Below, in pieces: positions 33,119 through 40,857 of a stretch of DNA of 40,857 bases. The DNA comes from an uncultured Fibrobacteria bacterium. Its GTDB lineage: Bacteria > Fibrobacterota > Fibrobacteria > UBA5070. The notes beneath the pieces are model-generated. The model saw nothing but the letters and a program-made list of their open reading frames with translations. It was not told where the DNA came from and did no database searches. The stretch's first letter is position 1, and every line of letters begins with the position of its first letter. The translations under genes and the position numbers were made by a program. The stretch is taken from positions 1 to 40,857 of the forward strand of contig CAYXXL010000001.1 of NCBI GenBank assembly GCA_964469025.1, written 5' to 3'.

Positions 33119-36100
33119 ATGCGCACCCTTCGGGATCTCCTGGAAGATCGGGCACTGTTCCCATCCCTTCGCGCTTTGGCACCCTCGCCGGCGGGGATCC
33201 GTGTCGCCGGATTGGACGGATCGGCACCTGCCGTGGCGATCGCCCTGAACCACCTGTCCCGGGGCACCAGCGCCCGTACCTTGGTCCTGGCCCCGGATGC
33301 GCGCGAAATGGAACGGCTGCGGGACGATCTCGGTGCTCTCCTGGGCGACGATTCCGTGTTGCCCTTCCCCACCCTGGAGCTCAAGCCCTACGAATGGCGC
33401 CGCCCTTTCGGGGCGGCCCTGGAGAGTCGGCTCACCACCCTGGACGCATTGCGGAAACCGGGTCCGGCGCTGGTGGTGGCCACCCACGCGGCATTTGGCC
33501 AGAAGCTGTCGGAACCGGGCGCACTGGGACGCGAGGCCCTGGTGGTGCGCAAGGGCGGCCTTTCCGATCTGCGCGATCTGCGGCTTTCCCTGTCCCGACT
33601 GGGTTACCGGGAGGAACCGCTTTGCGAGGAGATGGGCACCTTCTCCGTCCGCGGGGGGATCGTCGACATCTTCGGGTACGGGATGGACAACCCGGTGCGC
33701 ACGGAACTTCTGGGCGACGAAATCGAAACCCTCCGCGCCTTCGACCTGTTCACCCAACGCAGCCTGCAAGACCTGGAAGAGGCCGAAATCCTCCCGCTGG
33801 ACGAGGGCCTTCCCGACCAGGAGGCGTTGCAGAACGGCCTTCTCCGGATCCTGGAGGCCTTTCCCGGGGAGGACCGGCGCTTCGAACTGGAGCGGCAGCG
33901 CCTGGAGGACGAAGGAGACCGGTTGGGTTGGCCCTGGCAAAGGCCCTTCTTCGCGCCGCTGGACTGGACCCTCCTGGACCATCTGGGCGCCGGCGCGGCC
34001 GCCTTCGTCTTCGGAAGCGTCGAAAGGATCCAAGGCGAACTCCTGGCACAGGCCGTCGCGGCCCATCGGTCGGCCCTAGAAACGGGCCATCTGGTGGCGG
34101 AACCGGAAGCGATATGGTTTTCTCCGGAGGAGGCGAGGGAACGCGTCCTGAGGACGGATTCCGTCCGATTCGAGGATTTCGTGGGCGACTCGGACGCGCT
34201 GCGCGTGGACTGCAAGGTGCAGGAGAGGGTGGGTTCGGGAATCGCGGAGGCGGGCGAACGCATGCGCGAACTCGCCCGCGTCGGAATCCGCCTGTCGCTG
34301 ATTTCGGTGAACCAGGGCCAGGCGGCCCGGCTGGAGGAACTCGTCCGCGACCTCCCGATCGAAGGAATCGCGGTGGGGCACCTCTCCGCGGGCTTCGCCA
34401 TTGCGCAGGACGGTCAGGCCTGGTGGACCGACCACCAGATCTTCCACCGATTCGCCCGGCGCGTACGCAAGGGACGCTCGCGGGGCACGGCGAGCCTTCC
34501 CGACGTGGAATCGCTCCAGAAGGGCGACTTCGTGGTCCACGAGATCCACGGCGTGGGCAAGTACCTGGGCATCGAGCGCATCGTCGCCGCCGGACAGGAA
34601 GTGGATGTGCTGGTCCTCCAGTACGACGGCAAGGACCGCCTGCGCATGCCCGTCGCGGAGATGGCCCGGTTGCAGCGGTACGGCAGCCGCGAAGGCGACC
34701 CGCCCGCCCTGCACAAGCTGGGAGGCAGGACCTGGGACGTCCTGCAGGAAAAGACACGCAAGGCGGTGCAGGAGATGGCGCGGGAACTGGTGGAGCTCTA
34801 CGCCAGACGATCCATCGCCGAACGCGACCCTTTCCCCGTGGACGACCACTTCCAGGCGGAATTCGAGGATTCGTTCCCCTGGGACCTCACTCCGGACCAG
34901 GCCCGCGCCGTGAGCGAGGTCAAGGGAGACCTGGAAGGTCGCCACCCCGCCGACCGCCTGGTGTGCGGCGACGTCGGATTCGGCAAGACCGAGGTCGCCG
35001 TGCGCGCCCTCTTCAAGGTGGTCATGGGGAGGCGCCAGGCCGCCATCCTCGCCCCCACCACGTTGCTCGCTTCCCAGCACGCCGCCACGTTGCAGGACCG
35101 CTTCGCGGACTGGCCGATCCGGGTCGAACTGCTCAACCGCTTCGTGCCGCCCAAGGAACAGAAGAGGATCCTGCAGGACGTCCAGGACGGCAAGGTGGAC
35201 GTGGTGGTGGGCACCCACCGGGTCCTGGCCAAGGACGTCAAATTCCGCGACCTCGGACTCCTGGTGCTGGACGAGGAGCAGAAGTTCGGCGTCAAGCAGA
35301 AGGAGCGTCTCAAGGAGATGCGCCACGACGTGGACGTGCTCACCCTCACCGCCACGCCCATCCCCCGCACCTTGCACATGGCCCTCACCGGCGCGAGGGA
35401 CATCTCCATCATCTCCACGCCGCCGCGAAACCGCCTGCCCGTGGAGACTCGGGTGCGCAACTACCACGACGAATCCCTGGCCGAAGCCGTCCGCGACGAA
35501 ATCGGCCGCGGAGGGCAGGTGTTCGTCGTGGCCCCCAGGATCGACGGACTGGAGGCGCTGGCCACCACCATCGAGGAGACGGTTCCCGAGGCCCGCGTGT
35601 GCGTCGGCCACGGCCAGATGGAAGAGGACGAACTGGAACAGGTCATGTCGGCCTTCCTGGCACGGGAGTTCGACGTCCTGGTCTCCACGACCATCGTGGA
35701 GTCCGGGCTGGACATCCCCACGGTGAACACCATCTGCGTGGTGGACGCCCACAAGTTCGGGCTCTCCCAGATGCACCAGCTGCGCGGGCGCGTGGGCCGC
35801 TCCGACATCCACGCCTTCTGCCACCTCTTCGTACCCGACCTGGAGCGGCTCCCGCAGGACGCCCGCCGCAGGCTCCAGGCCCTGGAACAGTTCACCGATC
35901 TGGGTTCCGGATACGCCATCGCCATGCGCGATCTGGAGATCCGCGGGGCGGGCAACCTCTTGGGCCACAAGCAGCACGGATTCGCCGCGGCGGTCGGCTT
36001 CGAGACCTACTGCCGCATCCTGAGGGAGGAGGTGGAACGCCTCACCGGGGCGGAACCTCCCAAGGCCCCGCTGGAACCCCGCATCGAACTGGATGGCGCC

Positions 36101-36532
36101 GCGTTCCTGCCGGAGGAATACATCGAGGATTCGCACACCAGGCTGCAGGTCTACCAGCGCATCGCGCGGTCCCGGACCCTCGCGGAAGTGGATCGGATGG
36201 CGGTGGAGCTGCGCGACCGCTTCGGACCCATCCCCGATCCCGCGGCCATGGTTCTGCGCATGATGCTCTGCCGCCTGGCCGCCCGAACGGCGGGGGTGGC
36301 GATCGGGGGCATCGCGAGGGGTCGGGCCATCCTCGAGTTCGACGACGCCTGGCGGACGGATCTCCCCACGTTGAAGGAGCGCTGCAACGTGGTCAAGCCG
36401 AAGCTGGAATGGCTCGCACAGACCTCGCCTCTGCGACTGGTGGCCGACCTGACCGGCCACCCTCCGCCCGCGCAGCAACTGGAATTCCTGGCTCTGCTGC
36501 GGAAGCTCTCCGGCGAAACGGAGAAGGGATGA
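33119..36532 (+). CDS. mfd: Transcription-repair coupling factor
   Basis: 1137 aa. FSVRGGIVDIF, VHEIHGVGKYLG (CarD-like), CGDVGFGKTEVA (Walker A), the DEEQKFG box and the TRG motif region. Confidence 0.95.
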   Translation: MRTLRDLLEDRALFPSLRALAPSPAGIRVAGLDGSAPAVAIALNHLSRGTSARTLVLAPDAREMERLRDDLGALLGDDSVLPFPTLELKPYEWRRPFGAALESRLTTLDALRKPGPALVVATHAAFGQKLSEPGALGREALVVRKGGLSDLRDLRLSLSRLGYREEPLCEEMGTFSVRGGIVDIFGYGMDNPVRTELLGDEIETLRAFDLFTQRSLQDLEEAEILPLDEGLPDQEALQNGLLRILEAFPGEDRRFELERQRLEDEGDRLGWPWQRPFFAPLDWTLLDHLGAGAAAFVFGSVERIQGELLAQAVAAHRSALETGHLVAEPEAIWFSPEEARERVLRTDSVRFEDFVGDSDALRVDCKVQERVGSGIAEAGERMRELARVGIRLSLISVNQGQAARLEELVRDLPIEGIAVGHLSAGFAIAQDGQAWWTDHQIFHRFARRVRKGRSRGTASLPDVESLQKGDFVVHEIHGVGKYLGIERIVAAGQEVDVLVLQYDGKDRLRMPVAEMARLQRYGSREGDPPALHKLGGRTWDVLQEKTRKAVQEMARELVELYARRSIAERDPFPVDDHFQAEFEDSFPWDLTPDQARAVSEVKGDLEGRHPADRLVCGDVGFGKTEVAVRALFKVVMGRRQAAILAPTTLLASQHAATLQDRFADWPIRVELLNRFVPPKEQKRILQDVQDGKVDVVVGTHRVLAKDVKFRDLGLLVLDEEQKFGVKQKERLKEMRHDVDVLTLTATPIPRTLHMALTGARDISIISTPPRNRLPVETRVRNYHDESLAEAVRDEIGRGGQVFVVAPRIDGLEALATTIEETVPEARVCVGHGQMEEDELEQVMSAFLAREFDVLVSTTIVESGLDIPTVNTICVVDAHKFGLSQMHQLRGRVGRSDIHAFCHLFVPDLERLPQDARRRLQALEQFTDLGSGYAIAMRDLEIRGAGNLLGHKQHGFAAAVGFETYCRILREEVERLTGAEPPKAPLEPRIELDGAAFLPEEYIEDSHTRLQVYQRIARSRTLAEVDRMAVELRDRFGPIPDPAAMVLRMMLCRLAARTAGVAIGGIARGRAILEFDDAWRTDLPTLKERCNVVKPKLEWLAQTSPLRLVADLTGHPPPAQQLEFLALLRKLSGETEKG

Positions 36533-38991
36533 CGCGCGCACCGGAACTCCTTTCCCCCGCGGGGAGTTGGGACTGCGCCAGGGCCGCGGTGGAAAACGGC
36601 GCCGACGCCATCTACTTCGGAACCGAGTCCTTCAACGCGCGGATGCGGGCTGACAATTTCCGACTCCAGGATCTTCCCGAGCTCGCGGCCTGGCTGCACG
36701 GAAGGGGCGTTCGCGCCTACCTGACCTTCAACACCCTGGTGTTCGCGTCCGAGATGGCGGAAGCCGAGCGGTTCCTGCGCGCCGCGATCGCCGCGGGTTT
36801 GGACGCCGCCATCGTGCAGGATGTGGGCGTCTGCCGCCTGATCCGCGAAATCTCTCCCGACTTCCCCATCCACGGCAGCACCCAGATGACCATCGCCAGC
36901 GCCGCCGGTGCCCGCCTCGCGCGGGAACTGGGGTGCTCCACGGTCGTGCTCGCCCGGGAAAACACCCTTCGCGAAATGGCGCGCATCCAAAGGGATCTCG
37001 CTTCGGAACCCGTCGCGCTGGAGGTGTTCGTCCACGGGGCGCTCTGCGTCGCCTACTCCGGCCAGTGCCTGACCTCCGAGGCCCTGGGAGGCCGGTCCGC
37101 CAACCGCGGCGTGTGCGCCCAGGCCTGCCGCATGCCCTACGAGCTTCTGCGCGACGGGGAATCCGTGGATTTGGGCGATCGCAGGTATCTCCTGTCTCCG
37201 CAGGACCTCGCCGGGATCGACCTCGTGCCCGAGCTGGTCCGGCTGGGCATCCGATCGTTCAAGATCGAAGGGCGTCTCAAGCAGCCCTCCTACGTGGCGT
37301 CCATCACCAGGCTCTACCGGCAGGCCATCGACATGGCCATGGCCGCCGAAAGCTCCGGACGGACTCCCGCACCGTCCGACGCGGCCACCCGCTACGAAAT
37401 GGAAATGGCCTTTTCGCGCGGTCTGCACACGGGTTGGTTGGGAGGTATCGACAACCGTACCCTGGTCCACGCGCGCTACCCCAAGAAGAGGGGAGTTTTC
37501 CTGGGGACCGTCGACCGGAAGGTTGGACAGGAGGTTTCCTTGCGCCCCCTGGCACCGCTCAAGCCGGGGGACGGGGTGGTGTTCGACGCGAACCGGCCCG
37601 AATCGCGTGAGGAGGGCGGCCGGATCTGGGAGGTCCGCCCGGATGGGGATTCGATCTGGCTTTCCTTCGGGGACGGAGCCATCGACTGGTGCCGCGTGGA
37701 GACCGGCCAGAAGATCTGGAAGACCTCCGACCCGCTCTTGGAACGTGAACTCGAGAAGACCTGGAACACGCGGGAACTCGCCTTTCGGCGACCCGTTCGG
37801 GCCCGCGTGAGCGGTCGGGTCGGGGAACCCCTGGCCCTGGAACTGTGGACCGACGACGGAGCCACCGTCCGCGCCCGCACGGCGCAGCTCCTGGAGCCGG
37901 CCCTGCACCGGCCCCTGGAGGCCGCCTACCTGGAGGCCCAGATCGGGCGCCTGGGGGGGACGCCGTTTCGCCTGGTCGGGTTGGAGACGTGCATCGTCGG
38001 CGAAGTGATCGTTCCCGTGCGCTCCCTGAACGAGGTGAGACGCCAAGCTGTGCAGGACTTGTCGGAAATGCTGCGCAGACCGAGGATGTGGTCGACGCGG
38101 CCCGAATCGGTTCGCGTTCCCGCGAGGAGACCCCCAGCAGCGGCGGCCACCCCAGAACTGGTGGTGCTGGTCCGGTCCGAGGCGCAGATGGAGGTGGCCG
38201 CCGCGCTCGGGGTGCGCACACTGTACCTGGAATTGGAGTTTCCGGTGCGCTACCCCAAGGCTGTCGCGCGCTGGCGGGAACTGGCTCCGGGACGCGAGAT
38301 CTGGGCGGCACCTCCGCGGATTTCCAAGGCCGGAGAGGAAGAGATCCTGCGCCAGGTCCAGTCGGGGGGCGCCGACGGCGTGCTGGCCCGGTCCTGGGAC
38401 CACCTGGAGTACTTCTCGCCGCGCACGCGCCTGCGCGGCGACTTCTCCCTGAACGTCGCCAATGCACGGTCGGCATCGTGGTTCCTGGACCGGTTCGGCC
38501 TGGAGGGTCTGACGATCTCCTACGACCTCACCGCCGGGCAGGTCCTGGACCTGGCGGAGTCCTCGGACCCGTCCCGGCTGGAGCTCACCCTCCACCAGCA
38601 CATGCCCATGTTCCACATGGAGCATTGCGTGTTCTGCGCCTTCCTCTCGGACGGCGTGGACTTCCGCGACTGCGGCCGCCCCTGCGAAAAGCACGAGGTG
38701 CGCCTGCGGGACCACTTGGGCGCCGCCCATCCCGTGAAGGCCGACGCGGGTTGCCGCAACACGGTGTTCAATGCCCGCGCCCAGACGGGGGCGGAGTTCG
38801 CCGGATCCTTCATTTCGGCCGGACTGCGGCGGTTCCGCGTCGAATTCCTGGATGAAAACCCGGCCGAGATGGAACTCTGCCTGGACCGCTACCGCCGCTT
38901 GCTCTCCGGGGAGATCGACGGCTCGGGGCTCTGGCGCGAACTCAACGCCACCGGCCAGCTCGGGGTGACGCGGGGGACGCTGGAGCGCTGA
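36529..38991 (+). CDS. U32 family peptidase-like protein (long form, 820 aa)
   Basis: ATG 36529 overlaps the mfd stop (ATGA). MTRAPELLSPAGSWDCARAAVENGADAIYFG and EVFVHGALCVAYSGQCLTSEALGGRSANRGVCAQACR are typical U32 signatures. It is only the last 820 codons of ORF 33061..38991. Confidence 0.85.
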   Translation: MTRAPELLSPAGSWDCARAAVENGADAIYFGTESFNARMRADNFRLQDLPELAAWLHGRGVRAYLTFNTLVFASEMAEAERFLRAAIAAGLDAAIVQDVGVCRLIREISPDFPIHGSTQMTIASAAGARLARELGCSTVVLARENTLREMARIQRDLASEPVALEVFVHGALCVAYSGQCLTSEALGGRSANRGVCAQACRMPYELLRDGESVDLGDRRYLLSPQDLAGIDLVPELVRLGIRSFKIEGRLKQPSYVASITRLYRQAIDMAMAAESSGRTPAPSDAATRYEMEMAFSRGLHTGWLGGIDNRTLVHARYPKKRGVFLGTVDRKVGQEVSLRPLAPLKPGDGVVFDANRPESREEGGRIWEVRPDGDSIWLSFGDGAIDWCRVETGQKIWKTSDPLLERELEKTWNTRELAFRRPVRARVSGRVGEPLALELWTDDGATVRARTAQLLEPALHRPLEAAYLEAQIGRLGGTPFRLVGLETCIVGEVIVPVRSLNEVRRQAVQDLSEMLRRPRMWSTRPESVRVPARRPPAAAATPELVVLVRSEAQMEVAAALGVRTLYLELEFPVRYPKAVARWRELAPGREIWAAPPRISKAGEEEILRQVQSGGADGVLARSWDHLEYFSPRTRLRGDFSLNVANARSASWFLDRFGLEGLTISYDLTAGQVLDLAESSDPSRLELTLHQHMPMFHMEHCVFCAFLSDGVDFRDCGRPCEKHEVRLRDHLGAAHPVKADAGCRNTVFNARAQTGAEFAGSFISAGLRRFRVEFLDENPAEMELCLDRYRRLLSGEIDGSGLWRELNATGQLGVTRGTLER

Positions 38992-39227
38992 ACACGGAGG
39001 CGTGGTGAACTGGAGAGTCCACTGCATTTCGCCGCCTCCGCCCGAACCACCAGCGACGCCCTTCCCCCACGATTAGATTCGCGGTTCCACCTCTTTGGGA
39101 TCCGGAACCACTCCAACCGAGATTCTTTGAAGGCAAGTGAGGTCCGAAGTCCGTTTGAAGTCGCTCGTTGTATGGTCGATATGGTGGAGTCGCCGGGGCG
39201 GATGTCCCCAGTATCAGGGAGGAATCG

Positions 39228-40857
39228 ATGCTCAAGCACTTCATGCAATTCACGATTCCGCTGGCCGCCCTGACCGCAACCCTGCCTGCCGCAGCACCCA
39301 ATCCCGACCAGCCACCGAGCGAAAGCACGATTTCCGGCATTCCCTGGGGCATGGGAAACGCACAGTGGGGAAAGCAGCTCTTCTGGGACAAGGGCGACAC
39401 CTCCAAGTTCTCCGACATGCGGGCGAGCGCCGACAAGCTGGTCTCCCAGGGAACGGCTCCGGTGATGAGCGCGGTCTGCTGGGCGGGTTCCAACCGCTGG
39501 GGCGATACCTCCTCCACCCATCCCGGGGCCATGAACACCGACCCCTCCTGGATCGCCTATACCTACTGGGAATACGCTCACGACAGCCTCACACCGGTCA
39601 ACAACTCCGGGCAATACATCGCACCGCTGGGTTCCAGCTCCGATGTCGGGTGGATCGCCCCGGCCCAGCCCCTTCCCGCCTCCAATTGCCCCGCCGGAAT
39701 GAAGGCCTGCGTCTGGGGCGACTGGGCCGCCGAACGCGTCGCACGGCTGTGCCAGGCCACCCACATGGTGGGCCTCGCCGCCGCCGACTACGTGGACGGA
39801 ATGCCCGGCTACACCGCGAACCAGATCGACTTCAGCCCCCGGGTGATCCAGGCCTTCGAGGACTCCACCGGCATCGCCGTCCCGGGCAGCACCGTCGCGG
39901 CGCAGGCCTCCTACATCAACCAGAACCTGATCTCCCGGTGGGCCGACTTCTGGGACGATTCCTGGGCACACTTCTACTCCCAGACGGCCCGCAGGATCAA
40001 GCTCTACACCGGCGTGGAGCCGCTGATCCAAGCCCAGTGCGCCTGGAACGTCCCCGAGCGCCGTTGGATGGGCGTCGATTTCCGTCGCTACTTCAGGATG
40101 CTCCCCAACCCCAAGGACTGGTACTTCGGGATCGAGATGCAATGCGACAACGACCGCGCCATCTCGAGCCCGGGCACCCTCATCGGGACCTTCGGCACCT
40201 ACTGCGCCTGGGAACCCTCCATGCCCCTGGGAGCCAAGCTGAACATCGACAACGGCTACCTCGTCGACGGGCTCAATCTGGCCCACATTCCATTGCGCGA
40301 TACCCTCTCGGAATACAACACGCAGTGGTTCCTGATCGGTTACGCCCATGTCGCCGGTCGCGACGGCAACGTCCGGCGTGCCGCCCAGGCCTTCCAATAC
40401 GGCTACAACGACCAGGTCGACAGCGCACGTCCCGGGGTCACCCCAGCCATCTGGGCGCACATCCCCAGGCGGGTGTACGGACCGGGATTCTACTACTCGG
40501 ACACCATGCTCCGCGCGGTCGAGAACAGGGGCACATATATGACCCTGCCTGCGGCAGCCGACACCGCCTGGATGCATGCTCCCTACGGGTACTTCGTCAC
40601 CGACGCCGCCGTGGACAGCCTGAAGCCCGCCGCCATCCCCACCTGCTGGATCGTTCCCCCCGACGGCCTGTTGACCAACGCGGAACAAGCCAAGCTCCTG
40701 AAGTACGCCCCCATCGTCAGCGCGGACTCCGCGGCCAAGGTCTCGCCCATCCGCGCCTCGGGCAAGGCGAAGGCCTGGGGCTTCGTGGACCAGGACAGCT
40801 CCCTGGTGGTGGTGGTGACCAACACGGATACGGTCAAGGCCCTCTATACCGTGACCG
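39228..40857 (+). CDS. Secreted hypothetical protein, 3' end beyond the window
   Basis: Open-ended, so absent from the ORF track. GGGAGG lies upstream of ATG 39228. MLKHFMQFTIPLAALTATLPAAAPNP is a signal peptide. The frame stays open to 40857 with Trp/Tyr-rich composition, suggestive of a carbohydrate-active or binding protein. The 599-aa minus-strand ORF over it is a shadow frame. Confidence 0.65.
   Translation, partial: MLKHFMQFTIPLAALTATLPAAAPNPDQPPSESTISGIPWGMGNAQWGKQLFWDKGDTSKFSDMRASADKLVSQGTAPVMSAVCWAGSNRWGDTSSTHPGAMNTDPSWIAYTYWEYAHDSLTPVNNSGQYIAPLGSSSDVGWIAPAQPLPASNCPAGMKACVWGDWAAERVARLCQATHMVGLAAADYVDGMPGYTANQIDFSPRVIQAFEDSTGIAVPGSTVAAQASYINQNLISRWADFWDDSWAHFYSQTARRIKLYTGVEPLIQAQCAWNVPERRWMGVDFRRYFRMLPNPKDWYFGIEMQCDNDRAISSPGTLIGTFGTYCAWEPSMPLGAKLNIDNGYLVDGLNLAHIPLRDTLSEYNTQWFLIGYAHVAGRDGNVRRAAQAFQYGYNDQVDSARPGVTPAIWAHIPRRVYGPGFYYSDTMLRAVENRGTYMTLPAAADTAWMHAPYGYFVTDAAVDSLKPAAIPTCWIVPPDGLLTNAEQAKLLKYAPIVSADSAAKVSPIRASGKAKAWGFVDQDSSLVVVVTNTDTVKALYTVT

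Noticed and set aside
33061-38991. 1976-aa ORF spanning the tRNA, mfd and the U32 gene
   Set aside because: It is a chimeric open frame. Its first roughly 1150 codons are an Arg/Gly/Pro-rich shadow frame running over the tRNA-Lys gene and over mfd, which is clearly coded in another frame. Only the last 820 codons, from ATG 36529, show U32 motifs.
36151-40688. Long minus-strand ORFs of 958 aa (36151..39027) and 599 aa (38889..40688)
   Set aside because: They are antisense to the well-supported U32 gene and to the secreted-protein gene. They have a Gly/Arg/Pro/Val-rich, low-complexity composition typical of stop-free shadow frames in high-GC DNA, and I recognised no motifs. The same reasoning applies to 39..1304, 2244..3989, 7137..8612, 9658..10830, 12267..14972, 13532..15658 upstream of codon 281, 25252..28092 and similar ORFs.

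Overview
This is a high-GC bacterial chromosomal fragment. Hand-counted 60-mers in core genes are about 63-75% G+C.

**Layout, left to right**
- 1-2242: a tandem pair of zinc-ribbon Ser/Thr kinase genes on the minus strand. One is canonical and runs off the left edge. The other is a pseudokinase.
- 2539-3093: a lipoprotein gene.
- About 3094-9749: a roughly 6.6-kb accessory island with every gene on the minus strand. It carries a small P-loop kinase, a low-GC two-gene operon, a GNAT, a DJ-1/PfpI protein, and an MNT/HEPN toxin-antitoxin pair whose HEPN gene is frameshifted.
- 9750-24979: hemW followed by a very compact dcw cluster on the minus strand, in the order mraZ, rsmH-ftsL fusion, ftsI, murE, murF, murD-like relic, ftsW, murG, murC, ftsQ, ftsA, ftsZ. 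There is no mraY.
- About 24980-25276: an AT-rich divergent control region.
- 25277-31582: housekeeping-type genes, including a hypothetical protein, a membrane protein, a hydrolase, a lipoprotein, a GNAT, serA and pyrE.
- 31679-32858: a small islet with a Nif11-like protein, a HEPN-like protein and a Pro-rich protein.
- 33020-40857: tRNA-Lys(UUU), then mfd, a long U32-family protein, and a secreted protein that runs off the right edge.

**Island structure.** The island modules are separated by a family of GC-rich palindromic repeats and by an 82-bp duplicated GNAT leader. I saw no integrase, transposase or CRISPR array in the window.

**Best candidate for a new system.** This is the 4157-7134 operon. 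A 150-aa HEPN-like protein is translationally coupled to an 842-aa protein. That protein fuses a ParA/MinD-like module carrying a KGGxGR (Lys to Arg) Walker A with a second, NACHT/STAND-like P-loop module.

**ORF track caveat.** Many long ORFs in the track are GC-driven shadow frames, and I did not call them.
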